In this document: positions 51,147 to 59,976 of the stretch, in pieces
Layout: each line of letters starts with the position of its first letter
Position numbering within the stretch: position 1 is the first letter of the stretch
DNA from: a virus
IMG/VR virus record: IMGVR_UViG_3300025082_000005
Span: 7,999-71,998 of that record
Length of the DNA: 64,000 nucleotides
Strand: one strand, 5' to 3'
Notes under the pieces: generated by a model
What the model saw: the letters and a program-made list of their open reading frames with translations, nothing else
What the model was told of the DNA's origin: nothing
Database searches by the model: none
Made by a program: the position numbers and the translations under genes

Positions 51147-51832
51147 ATTTCTATCTCAGTAAAGATTAAACATGATTCATATCGAAGCTTAAAGGGTACA
51201 TCTCTTAAATCCATAGCTACTTTATAGTTAGTCATATAATTATTAAAGATTTGTACCATCTTCGAACCTATTTCAGCTCCAATATGAGAAGTTGCCTTCA
51301 TTGAACAAGCAAGATCCCCTACCTCGTTATCATGAAATAGAGTCTCTTTGTACCTCTCTGCTCGATCAGGAGTAACTGCATAGATTTGATAACTCTCTAC
51401 AGTCATTCTACCATCGATAAAGATTGCCGGTTTTGTAGCTCTTTGGAATTGGTTCTTTTCATACCAACTAGCAAACATATCTGCTCTTGCTTCCATATTG
51501 TCGAAACCGGAAAACACAATATTTGTAAGAGGATCACCATATTTATATCTTCCCATTAGCTCAACCTCTTCTCCTCCAGAGAAGTCCTTTACCAACTCTT
51601 GGACAACCTGTGCTTTGCTTTTCCCTATAGAAGATGTAGGATAGCATTGGCCTCCCATGTTTGTATACTCTATGAAATCGTCATCGTACACCTTCATAGG
51701 AATACCTTGACGCCCTAGAAACATGGCTAGCCAGGAACCTATTCCTCCTACGCCTCCTACCGTTACAGCAGGGAAGTTATTTGAGAACCAGATACAATCC
51801 TTGAATCTGGCTCTATAGTTATCATCAGTCAT
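51143..51832 (-). CDS. ThiF/E1-like adenylyltransferase
   Basis: VGGVGGIGSW, YDDDFIEYTNMGGQ, KSKA, FSGFDNMEAR and FIDGRM; candidate catalytic Cys in LACSMK (51305-51307). Confidence 0.9.
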   Translation of the reverse strand: MTDDNYRARFKDCIWFSNNFPAVTVGGVGGIGSWLAMFLGRQGIPMKVYDDDFIEYTNMGGQCYPTSSIGKSKAQVVQELVKDFSGGEEVELMGRYKYGDPLTNIVFSGFDNMEARADMFASWYEKNQFQRATKPAIFIDGRMTVESYQIYAVTPDRAERYKETLFHDNEVGDLACSMKATSHIGAEIGSKMVQIFNNYMTNYKVAMDLRDVPFKLRYESCLIFTEIEI

Positions 51833-53033
51833 AAGGTAATTCGGGATTTATACTTTGCATTTCTAATACATCTAAAGCGTCTTCAATTGCTTCCCATATA
51901 GTAAAGTCAGGGCCGTTTCTGTTTACTAAGGCACCACGAAAACCATCAAGAAGTCCATCTATAGTTTCTCGTTGCTCTGCTTCTGCAAATACCTTTGGAA
52001 AGAAGGCGATTAAAGAACGCCTATAATTACTTATATCCTGCTCTCTTTCAACTCTGTGTAGTACCTCTGTAAGAAGGTCTTCTGATAGCATATCCAAAGC
52101 AAGCCACTTTGCACATAATTGAGAGATTTCAAGGTTAGTCATAGCTACATCCATAAGACTATCTTCATACTTCTTCTTTTCGATGTCTTGTTTAGTGTTA
52201 TACCATCCAAATTCTTGTTTAGGCGCTTCATCAATCTTAGTAAACTGCTTCTGGAACCAATCCTCTACAGGGGCTGTCTCAATCTTCACATCACATGAAA
52301 TAAGAATAAGCTTCTCTTTTCCTTTGATAATAGAAGAGATTTCTGCCCCTGTTTCATCCTTATGCGTCAGTCTTCTATCTTCCTCCTTTGCATGGATAGC
52401 AATCTTAGCCGAATACTTCTTTCTAAAGTTCACGATCAGAGACAAATAGTAAAGGAATTGCGAAGCATTGCTATGTAATTCATTCATATCTGTCATGGAG
52501 AACGCGGTATCCATAACATGATGAGAATGCACATGGCCCATCATCCAAGCAGGAGACTCCATTATTTGTGGGTAAATCTCCATAATATCTATGATACTAG
52601 TCCCAATACTATACTCGGTAGCACTGTGGCTACCTATATGTAAAGGAAAGACAGCATGCACATTTATTACAAGTGTCTCTGGATCAGCAATTGAGCCCTC
52701 TTTTATTTCGTAGATTAGAACGCCACTCCATTCATTATTTCCTACTTGTTTATGTAGGAAATCTACTTGCTTCTCAAAGGAAGAAAGAGAGAGGATCGTC
52801 GGGCAGGCTTTGTGCGTTATCGTTGACAGTTGCTTCGTTGGTTTCGTTGTTGCATAGCCAGCGAAGTCTAGCTCTTTGGTCTCTCCTATCTGGGATTTCC
52901 CCTGCCCTTTCTTTCTCGGATACTTCCCTTTCAACTCCGAAGGCCTTACTATCTTCGGCACTTTTAATTTCGAGGCCCGATGGGATGTTTGAGATCGCTG
53001 CTCCTTTGTATTGTATTTCTTCTTGGTTTTCAT
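51825..53033 (-). CDS. JAB/MPN+ (JAMM) metallopeptidase
   Basis: EWSG plus H-S-H-x7-S-x2-D (HSH HVMDTAF S MT D, 52488-52529) and YLSLIVN. Confidence 0.88.
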   Translation of the reverse strand: MKTKKKYNTKEQRSQTSHRASKLKVPKIVRPSELKGKYPRKKGQGKSQIGETKELDFAGYATTKPTKQLSTITHKACPTILSLSSFEKQVDFLHKQVGNNEWSGVLIYEIKEGSIADPETLVINVHAVFPLHIGSHSATEYSIGTSIIDIMEIYPQIMESPAWMMGHVHSHHVMDTAFSMTDMNELHSNASQFLYYLSLIVNFRKKYSAKIAIHAKEEDRRLTHKDETGAEISSIIKGKEKLILISCDVKIETAPVEDWFQKQFTKIDEAPKQEFGWYNTKQDIEKKKYEDSLMDVAMTNLEISQLCAKWLALDMLSEDLLTEVLHRVEREQDISNYRRSLIAFFPKVFAEAEQRETIDGLLDGFRGALVNRNGPDFTIWEAIEDALDVLEMQSINPELPYD

Positions 53034-53955
53034 AAGAATATGTTAGTAAATATTTGTTAAATGTGGTTATAATGTACTTAGCAATAGTTGGCTCAGCGTG
53101 TGTATATTCTTGCTCCTTTGCTACCTCTTCTTGTTTTGGCTTTAGTATGGTACGAACAACAGCTTTTCCTTTGAATATAAGAGCTGTAGGCCCTTTATGC
53201 CTCTTCTTTGCTCTCAACCATAGCTTTAACTTATGGTATTGTGAAGCAGCTGTAACAAATAAATTATTTACCATAACACCTTTAATTATACTTGCAGCAA
53301 GTAATTGTTTACGTAACTCCTCTCCTTCGGCCAATACTATCTTAATGCTTGTATTGCCTGAGTATTTGTATGTAAGAAGAGGAGGTTGAATACGTGCTTG
53401 CTTTAGAAACGCCTTGATACTTAATCCCTTAGCATCACTTGTATCAACTGCTGCTGGTAGTCCGATCGTACTAAGTAGTATATGAGGTGTGCCTGCTATT
53501 GACTCCCATTCAAGATATGGTTTAAGGTGGTATAGAAAGGTTTCAAACGTGTCCCAAGTGAAATCACTACGCAACATTGTCATTAACATGTGAATAGGTG
53601 TATTGATACCACCAAGGCAAAAGGTATTAAGAAAGTTATAATGCTTAGGAGAAAGATGAGAGTGGCCATAACCAACTAGCTCTTCTTCTAATGTAAGGGT
53701 TCCTCGCATACCTTGTAACTCTGCCATCATATGTATATGTTGATTGCCATTAAGTGCTATATAAAACCTAACATAGAGATCTCGAATTAAGTGAGATTCC
53801 TTTTCGTTCTTTATTGTTATTTCTCTAAAGCGAATAGTAACATATACTCCTGTTATTTCCTGTATAATATCTACATTCCTTTCTCCAAATAATGGGTTAC
53901 ACAGATCTTTTACTTTCTTGGTAACTAAAGCTTTTCTACTTCGTATGTAGTTCAT
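52774..53955 (-). CDS. Prokaryotic E2-like (UBC-fold) protein
   Basis: GYGHSHL...FCLG (Cys codon 53617-53619) resembles the HPN/HxH...ICL core of E2 enzymes; lies between the Ubl and JAB genes; ATG at 53955. Confidence 0.65.
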   Translation of the reverse strand: MNYIRSRKALVTKKVKDLCNPLFGERNVDIIQEITGVYVTIRFREITIKNEKESHLIRDLYVRFYIALNGNQHIHMMAELQGMRGTLTLEEELVGYGHSHLSPKHYNFLNTFCLGGINTPIHMLMTMLRSDFTWDTFETFLYHLKPYLEWESIAGTPHILLSTIGLPAAVDTSDAKGLSIKAFLKQARIQPPLLTYKYSGNTSIKIVLAEGEELRKQLLAASIIKGVMVNNLFVTAASQYHKLKLWLRAKKRHKGPTALIFKGKAVVRTILKPKQEEVAKEQEYTHAEPTIAKYIITTFNKYLLTYSYENQEEIQYKGAAISNIPSGLEIKSAEDSKAFGVEREVSEKERAGEIPDRRDQRARLRWLCNNETNEATVNDNAQSLPDDPLSFFL

Positions 53956-53962
53956 AATAGTC

Positions 53963-54002
53963 AAATAAAAAGGGGTTCCTACATTGCTGCAAGAACCCCT
54001 TT
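53963..54002 (-). terminator. Intrinsic terminator between the Ubl and E2-like genes
   Basis: Minus strand AAAGGGGTTCTTGCA-GCAA-TGTAGGAACCCCTTT followed by TTATTT. Confidence 0.8.
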
Positions 54003-54025
54003 GGTTTATGGTAGAAAGTAATAAA

Positions 54026-54706
54026 CTACCTTCTATTTACTTCGTCTTGAATGTCCTGCCATTCCTTATCTAAGCCTTCGAATATATCGATACGCTTCTC
54101 TACGGTAATGGTAGTCTTGATTCTGTCTACAACAGACAGTACACCTTCTCTCATTTCTTCCATGAGAACAGAAATTTCTTCCTTAGCTGCTGCTATCTCT
54201 GCTTCAACTTCAACAGGTGCTTCTGTATTAACAGGGTCAGCTGCAACTACTTCTTCTACCTTTTCTACTTCTTTATTTGGTGTTGCTTTCTTCTTTGGCG
54301 CTAGGATATCTGCCACTTCTGCAGGAGTGTACTCAGCTTTTATACGTCTTTGTTTATCTCGTAGACGTCTAAGTAAAGCCTTCTCATCTCCAGTAGTACC
54401 TAGGTTTAAGTGCTTACAAACCTTCTTCAATTCTTTCTTCTTAAGGTTTGTGAAGGCGTCTTCCTTCTTAAGCCTTATACCAGATTTCATCTTAGTAGCA
54501 ACAATGAAGAGAGTAAATTCTGTTGCTGGTAGAATCGCTTTGTCCATATTAAGCGTGTTATTTGTTCCTTTGATAACCGCTTCAATATTTCCTTGGGCAA
54601 GCTCTCCCAATTCTGCTTTTAGTTCTCCCCAATGGGTAGCTTCTGTTTCATGTTGTTTCTTTACCCCAGTAAGGCCAGAAAACACGATAATCTTACGTTT
54701 AACCAT
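54026..54706 (-). CDS. Ubiquitin-like (beta-grasp) domain fused to a SAP domain and an acidic helical tail
   Basis: Residues 1-76 show a beta-beta-alpha-beta-beta pattern ending FTLFIVATKMKSG; then LKKKELKKVCKHLNLGTTGDEKALLRRL (SAP consensus). Confidence 0.7.
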   Translation of the reverse strand: MVKRKIIVFSGLTGVKKQHETEATHWGELKAELGELAQGNIEAVIKGTNNTLNMDKAILPATEFTLFIVATKMKSGIRLKKEDAFTNLKKKELKKVCKHLNLGTTGDEKALLRRLRDKQRRIKAEYTPAEVADILAPKKKATPNKEVEKVEEVVAADPVNTEAPVEVEAEIAAAKEEISVLMEEMREGVLSVVDRIKTTITVEKRIDIFEGLDKEWQDIQDEVNRR

Positions 54707-55690
54707 TTAACTTATATTTAATAATTGTACAATTAATTGCTTTGTTTTGCTCAGGCCATGAGCTTTGAGATAATCACTGATATCCTTTTCCTTTCCAGGA
54801 AGGACAAAGAAAGGAATCTTATAGTGCTCACTGTTCCTCTTGGCCCACTTTATACCCGTTTCATCATTGTCGAAGAGAATGTAAAGTTCGTAATTGCTTA
54901 GGATCTTTATAGTTTCTGAGTCTAGCAAGGCTCCCTCACTAGGAGGAGCAAAAGCTGAGAACCCCAATTTGTCTAAGACTATTACGTCCTTTAGGCTCTT
55001 GGTAATGATGATTTCATTGTTTATACCTAGTTCTAACTCGTTCCAACCCTGCATATGAGGGCCATTTGATAAGAAACGAGGGGCATTATCACCATTACGA
55101 TAAGGGAAGTATATTTTATAATTTCCATTCCCGAAATAGTAGGCATAAGCTGGATCACTAGGTCTGTATTCATATTGGATAACCTCATTAATCCACAGTA
55201 CTTTAATAGGCACTACATTAAACTTATTCAGATCCTTACGTGTCAAGTAGAATTGGGTCCAGAAATCCTTATCTCCAAGGGTCCAATCTCGCTTCTTGAT
55301 ACTAAAGACCTTCTTTCTAGTTGTGAGGTCGGTAATGAACTTCTTATGAATATCGTATGTAATGGGGGTGTCTTGTGTTAAGGCGAAGTCTTGAGCAATA
55401 AGATGAAGAGCTTTATTGTAGTTAAGGTTAAACTTGTACTTAACTATATCAAAGCAATCACCGTAGAATTCGCCATTGAAGTCTTTGAGGTAGATGCCAG
55501 CATTTGTTTGCCGGAACGAACAAGACGGACGTTTGTCATTCTCTCTCAAAGGCGATTTAAAGGCTTTACTATATTGAACGGTAATACCAAGGTATCTCTG
55601 AAGAATTGCTTCCTCAGAGATCCTTGATAATATAAAATCTCGATCAACTTTAGTACGAGCCTTTGAAGGTATGTTCTTACTAGTAAACAC
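54707..55690 (-). CDS. DNA primase (DnaG-like, crAss type)
   Basis: SPLRENDKRPSCSF...KDF...GDCFD N-domain; TOPRIM motifs IITKSLKDV, FDNDETG and KDISD. Confidence 0.88.
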   Translation of the reverse strand: MFTSKNIPSKARTKVDRDFILSRISEEAILQRYLGITVQYSKAFKSPLRENDKRPSCSFRQTNAGIYLKDFNGEFYGDCFDIVKYKFNLNYNKALHLIAQDFALTQDTPITYDIHKKFITDLTTRKKVFSIKKRDWTLGDKDFWTQFYLTRKDLNKFNVVPIKVLWINEVIQYEYRPSDPAYAYYFGNGNYKIYFPYRNGDNAPRFLSNGPHMQGWNELELGINNEIIITKSLKDVIVLDKLGFSAFAPPSEGALLDSETIKILSNYELYILFDNDETGIKWAKRNSEHYKIPFFVLPGKEKDISDYLKAHGLSKTKQLIVQLLNIS

Positions 55691-56304
55691 TAGAAGCCAT
55701 CTCCATCATCGTCTCCATCCTCTCCTTCTTCGAAATCGTCGTCATCATCATCCGATATAGGAGTACTACGAGCATCTGAATCGATATCAGGTGTATCCGT
55801 AGTGTACTCAAACGAATCATAACGAGGGTCAATGCCCCAATCCAAGGGTCTAATCTCAGAAGAGATAAAGTTTGGAAAGAGAGGCAAGGCTGCAAACTGC
55901 TTCCCGTTCTTCTTGCTTGTCTTCACGACAATCTTAACGGTTAAACCCGTCTTCTTATTCGGTGAAGCTTTAACCATCTCTATAATCTGAGCAGCCCACG
56001 CTTCGAAAGTATCAGATTCAATAGCATCGATCTGAGCCTCTGCTTCTGCTCCTAGTATCGCACAAGCAATATGCTTAATACGAGCTATAGCGTTGTCTGC
56101 ATACTTCTCTTCGTACTTTGGGTGGTTTTCATCTATCTTGAACTCAAGATGCTCCAGCGTACCAAGGTCTCCTTTGAAGCTAAAGACCATGTTTCCGTCG
56201 TTGTTCACGATGATCTTACTAAGAGTAACCGCTACCTTATTCCCAGGCTTCAATACAGCCTTATCATTCTTGGAGCTTACTCCTTTACTACCTTTAAATC
56301 CCAT
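55690..56304 (-). CDS. Probable single-stranded DNA-binding protein
   Basis: Beta-rich core with a very acidic tail ending in Phe; between the ATPase and primase genes. Confidence 0.65.
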   Translation of the reverse strand: MGFKGSKGVSSKNDKAVLKPGNKVAVTLSKIIVNNDGNMVFSFKGDLGTLEHLEFKIDENHPKYEEKYADNAIARIKHIACAILGAEAEAQIDAIESDTFEAWAAQIIEMVKASPNKKTGLTVKIVVKTSKKNGKQFAALPLFPNFISSEIRPLDWGIDPRYDSFEYTTDTPDIDSDARSTPISDDDDDDFEEGEDGDDDGDGF

Positions 56305-56335
56305 TTGTTATTAGTTATTGGTTTACAATTATTTA

Positions 56336-56953
56336 TTAGAAATTCTCTGTGTCGTCAACAGCTTGAGGCTCCTCAGCAGGCTCTTCCTGTGGTTCTTCAC
56401 CTTGAGGCTCATCTACATGCGATGCCCTTGGATCCTCAGGTACTACCTCTTCCTCTGGAGAAGAATCATCTATAGTCTCCGCTTGTGGTGTTTCCTCTTT
56501 ATCTATTGGATCCAATGGATCAGGAATACCAGGAGCATCGTGCTCCATAGCTGCTTGCTCAGGAGAAACAGTTACTTCTTCTACAGGGGTAGGGGTATCA
56601 AATATAACAATTTTATACCATGTTGCACCAGCAAAGTCAACTGTTTCATCAGTAATCTTCCAACGTACCTTGATATCATTACCATCAATCAACCAAGAAT
56701 ACATCATTTCATCTTGAAGCTTTCCTGTCTTTGAGATAGACTTCCCTTCACTCCTCTCTGTAACAGAGGCGACATATACAATGTTTGTTCCATCCTCTTG
56801 TGGATCAACGCACATATCTACTCTCGAACCATCTGCTACATTAAGCTTGGACATAGCTGCTGGGCCTAATACTAGTCTATTGTTATCCAACAAACTAATG
56901 ATGGGAACTAACAACATTTCTTTGTTTCCACTTGTACTTCCTAATCTTATCAT
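56336..56953 (-). CDS. Hypothetical protein with a long acidic, Pro-rich tail
   Basis: N-domain with an AbrB-like pattern (NRLVLGPAAMSKLNVADGSRV); disordered E/D/P tail ending in F. Confidence 0.6.
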   Translation of the reverse strand: MIRLGSTSGNKEMLLVPIISLLDNNRLVLGPAAMSKLNVADGSRVDMCVDPQEDGTNIVYVASVTERSEGKSISKTGKLQDEMMYSWLIDGNDIKVRWKITDETVDFAGATWYKIVIFDTPTPVEEVTVSPEQAAMEHDAPGIPDPLDPIDKEETPQAETIDDSSPEEEVVPEDPRASHVDEPQGEEPQEEPAEEPQAVDDTENF

Positions 56954-56967
56954 AATAAATTAATTTA

Positions 56968-57678
56968 TTAACCCTCTTGTGAGAGTTCATTTAAACGTTT
57001 AATTACTTTGTAAAGGTCGTTCTCTATATAGAGATCGTCAAAGGCTCCCATTACAGTCTTAGCCTTATGATAACCATCATCATTGGTTACAAATTTGTAC
57101 CTCTCTCCTGGAGGTTGAGGATCTGTACGATCAACTGGTATTACCTTGGTATAAAGAAGGTTAGTAAAGTAAGAAGGTATCTGTACTGCTCGCTCTAATA
57201 AGGTACCTGGGCTTAGAATCTTAAGCTCTGGTCCTGCTGGGGTCATCTGTTGCTCTGGATGAAACATTATTATAAGCATCAAATCCTCTCGATACTTAAT
57301 CTTATCAAAGATGGCTTGGAACACTTGGGCACCAAAGCCTTCCCATCTTCCCCAACCATCTGGATCTTCTCTGAACTTAGTACTTAAGGTCACAGTATTA
57401 AAGTAATGAGTGAAATCCTCAATTACAACATACTTAATCTCCGGACGAAGCTTATCAATTGCTCCAATTATCTTTGGGATAGCAGCTAATTTGTTAGTCA
57501 TATGGAAATTTCCTTCCTTAGCGCCATTCTTAGACAGCTTATACTTGGTCTTAAATCCAGGTATTGGTAAGTCTCCCTTACTTGGAGAGATGATAAAGGT
57601 TTCTTCGTGGGGCATATTCCTCAATGAGGTAGATTTGCCTGAAGAAGAGAACCCTACAATTCCTAATAGTGTACTCAT
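56968..57678 (-). CDS. AAA/P-loop ATPase (Sak4-like)
   Basis: GFSSSGKSTS Walker A, VVIEDF Walker B, AKT..G.F...I.ND. Confidence 0.8.
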   Translation of the reverse strand: MSTLLGIVGFSSSGKSTSLRNMPHEETFIISPSKGDLPIPGFKTKYKLSKNGAKEGNFHMTNKLAAIPKIIGAIDKLRPEIKYVVIEDFTHYFNTVTLSTKFREDPDGWGRWEGFGAQVFQAIFDKIKYREDLMLIIMFHPEQQMTPAGPELKILSPGTLLERAVQIPSYFTNLLYTKVIPVDRTDPQPPGERYKFVTNDDGYHKAKTVMGAFDDLYIENDLYKVIKRLNELSQEG

Positions 57679-58190
57679 TATTTAACAGTGTATTTAACGT
57701 TTCTTAATATTACCCAATTCAGGGTTCGCATGTCGATTTGCTTTGGAAAGGCTTTCTCTGCTTCTAGGTCAACTACTTGAAAGCGCCCTGATATTGCATC
57801 AGCGCCAGTTAAGTAACCAATCATAGTCCTAGGCTCTCCTAACAACATGCGCTCCAAAGCTGCATTACTCTTCACTGTGTTCTTAGGATCATTGAAGGCT
57901 TCCTTAAACTGCTTCACATCCAGTTTCTTATTGAAATTAGCTGTAAATACTGTCTCTCCAGCATTAGCAAGAATTTGAACTAAATCAGTTCTTGTAATCT
58001 CCTCTTCTCCTTCAAATTGATCAGCAGAGAATGAACCCTCTTCGATAATCTCTTTCCCAATGACGAACTCCATTCCTCGTTCGTTTCGTACCTTAACATT
58101 GTTCGGTCGAACATCAATTACTTTATAGTATTGAACTTCCGAAAGGAAGCCCCCTACTTTGAGCTGTGTGTGATCGCTTTTCCTGTTCAT
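57678..58190 (-). CDS. Hypothetical protein
   Basis: 170-aa ORF coupled on both sides. Confidence 0.65.
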   Translation of the reverse strand: MNRKSDHTQLKVGGFLSEVQYYKVIDVRPNNVKVRNERGMEFVIGKEIIEEGSFSADQFEGEEEITRTDLVQILANAGETVFTANFNKKLDVKQFKEAFNDPKNTVKSNAALERMLLGEPRTMIGYLTGADAISGRFQVVDLEAEKAFPKQIDMRTLNWVILRNVKYTVK

Positions 58191-59224
58191 AAAATTACTG
58201 CATTTAAATAGTCCTCGGAGGTCATCTTCTTAGCTGGAGGTAATTCCTCAAACAAGCCGATTTGCCCCATAAATTTAGTTCCTAATCTTGCGCTTCTATC
58301 CCCATCTCTATTCTTCAATACGTCTATTTGCCTAAACTTATTCCCCAGTTTCTCCAAGTTATACCCACCAGGGCTTAGCTTTTGCCCTAATTCGGATGGA
58401 TCAAAGACAGACAGATAAGTATTGCAATCCTTGGATGTACGCTTACTGTCTTCTAGATCATCTGCCATAGGGCTTGGAGAGCCCCCTTTCTGGTATAACC
58501 TTTGGGGATTGGTGATGCTTGCATTGTATTGTTGTACTATAGTAGGACTATAATCACAGGTATTTCGAAACCAGATAGCATCAGAGGATACTTGATCAAT
58601 TGCCATCTTTAGCGTCTCTCCTTTACCTGGAGTAAGCCTATTAATAGTGTCGATAATAGGAATTACATAATGGTTAGGATGATTTGGTGTATAGGTAGTT
58701 AGTCCATCCTTCTTAGAAAACTTACCATTCTCCTTAGCGAAAGCCATTATCTTACCATGAATGGCATTGGGTGTTGTATACTCATCATAGAAGTGTACAT
58801 GGTCTTCCAGCTTCTCGAAGTAACTATCGAGGCTATCTAACATCGCTCTTTTCTCCTTAGATAAGGTTTTGTTTCCCAAAGACCATAGCTCTGCTACATC
58901 AGTTTCTTCCCCATATGCTCTCCATATTTCACGGGCAGCAAATTTGGTAAGCTTACTAACAGGAGCAATTTCTAAAGAGAAGTACAACCAATCTACTTTA
59001 ATCTCCATTTCATCCTTTACCTTCATGTAGTAATCGAAGGGATTTAGCACATAGCATTGATCGACAAAGGCTGTCTTACCAGCAGAAGTCTTTCCTGCTA
59101 CTAGATCGTATCTACCTCGTTGGACATCATAGATGATATTAGCAAGGCGTGGACAACCCATAGGGAGCCCACGATTCATACCACGCATTCCAGCGTCTGC
59201 ACGTTCCTTTACTTGCTTAAACAT
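58187..59224 (-). CDS. DnaB-like (SF4) replicative helicase
   Basis: GKTSAGKT, YFSLEI, IIDTI, VQQYN, DLEDS and LKNRDG. Confidence 0.85.
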   Translation of the reverse strand: MFKQVKERADAGMRGMNRGLPMGCPRLANIIYDVQRGRYDLVAGKTSAGKTAFVDQCYVLNPFDYYMKVKDEMEIKVDWLYFSLEIAPVSKLTKFAAREIWRAYGEETDVAELWSLGNKTLSKEKRAMLDSLDSYFEKLEDHVHFYDEYTTPNAIHGKIMAFAKENGKFSKKDGLTTYTPNHPNHYVIPIIDTINRLTPGKGETLKMAIDQVSSDAIWFRNTCDYSPTIVQQYNASITNPQRLYQKGGSPSPMADDLEDSKRTSKDCNTYLSVFDPSELGQKLSPGGYNLEKLGNKFRQIDVLKNRDGDRSARLGTKFMGQIGLFEELPPAKKMTSEDYLNAVIL

Positions 59225-59759
59225 CTGTACTGAAGTCTACTGAAGCTTCCTCTCTTTTCCATTGCTCAGTGCTGAACCACTTAGCCAAGCCCATACCTAA
59301 CGAGTCATTAGCTTTCTGTGCAGCAAATCCTTGCATTACTTCTTCTGGTATAGCTCGTCCTTGGTTAACTTTCTTGATATAGGCATCAGCCAGGTCTTCA
59401 ATACTGATATTCTTAGCCGGCATTCGTTTATCGGCCATTATTACATGAGAAGGATAGGCATCCCATAATTCTTCGGCAGCATTGCCTAAGTGCATAGTAA
59501 GAAATTCCATGTTAGCATAGAACTTCTTCTTTACAACGAAACTGTCTGGAAAGTCCTTTAGTTTCTCGTTGGTATTCTCAATAAAGCCTCTCTTCTCTAG
59601 GTCTTCTAATCCAGCCTTAGGAAATTTCCTTACTTGATCACAATACTTATAGAGTAAAGGTAGTTTATTGGTGTAGGTTAAGTAGCAGAACAAGAATTGC
59701 TCAGTTGTTATCTTTTTCTTACTACAGAAGTCTACAAGCTTCGTGGCATCGTAATACAT
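59217..59759 (-). CDS. Putative replication initiator/helicase loader (winged-helix-like)
   Basis: LEDLEKRGFI and EELWDAYP motifs; directly upstream of the helicase gene. Confidence 0.5.
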   Translation of the reverse strand: MYYDATKLVDFCSKKKITTEQFLFCYLTYTNKLPLLYKYCDQVRKFPKAGLEDLEKRGFIENTNEKLKDFPDSFVVKKKFYANMEFLTMHLGNAAEELWDAYPSHVIMADKRMPAKNISIEDLADAYIKKVNQGRAIPEEVMQGFAAQKANDSLGMGLAKWFSTEQWKREEASVDFSTDV

Positions 59760-59772
59760 AGTTTAATACGGT

Positions 59773-59976
59773 TTAGTAACCGAAGTAGCAATTAGGTATT
59801 CCCATACTTTCTCTTGCCTGAAGTCTATTCTCATATTTCTGTACTAGTTTGCGGTCGTTCTCCTTCTCATCCTCTTCATTCTTCGACATTGATAAAACAT
59901 CTTTTAATATACATTCAGGCAACATTGCCTCCACCGATTTAGGCAGTAATTTGATCGGTCCTCTTATTGTTCTCAT
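59773..59976 (-). CDS. Small hypothetical protein (start uncertain)
   Basis: Fills the gap in the operon direction. Confidence 0.4.
   Translation of the reverse strand: MRTIRGPIKLLPKSVEAMLPECILKDVLSMSKNEEDEKENDRKLVQKYENRLQARESMGIPNCYFGY

Noticed and set aside
51143-51832. ThiF as a thiamine/molybdopterin or tRNA-thiolation auxiliary metabolic gene
   Set aside because: No biosynthetic partner genes and no rhodanese domain; its neighbours are JAB, E2-like and Ubl genes
54051-54710. 219-aa plus-strand ORF
   Set aside because: In-register antisense shadow of the Ubl-SAP gene; Ser/Phe-rich composition mirrors its Glu/Lys codons
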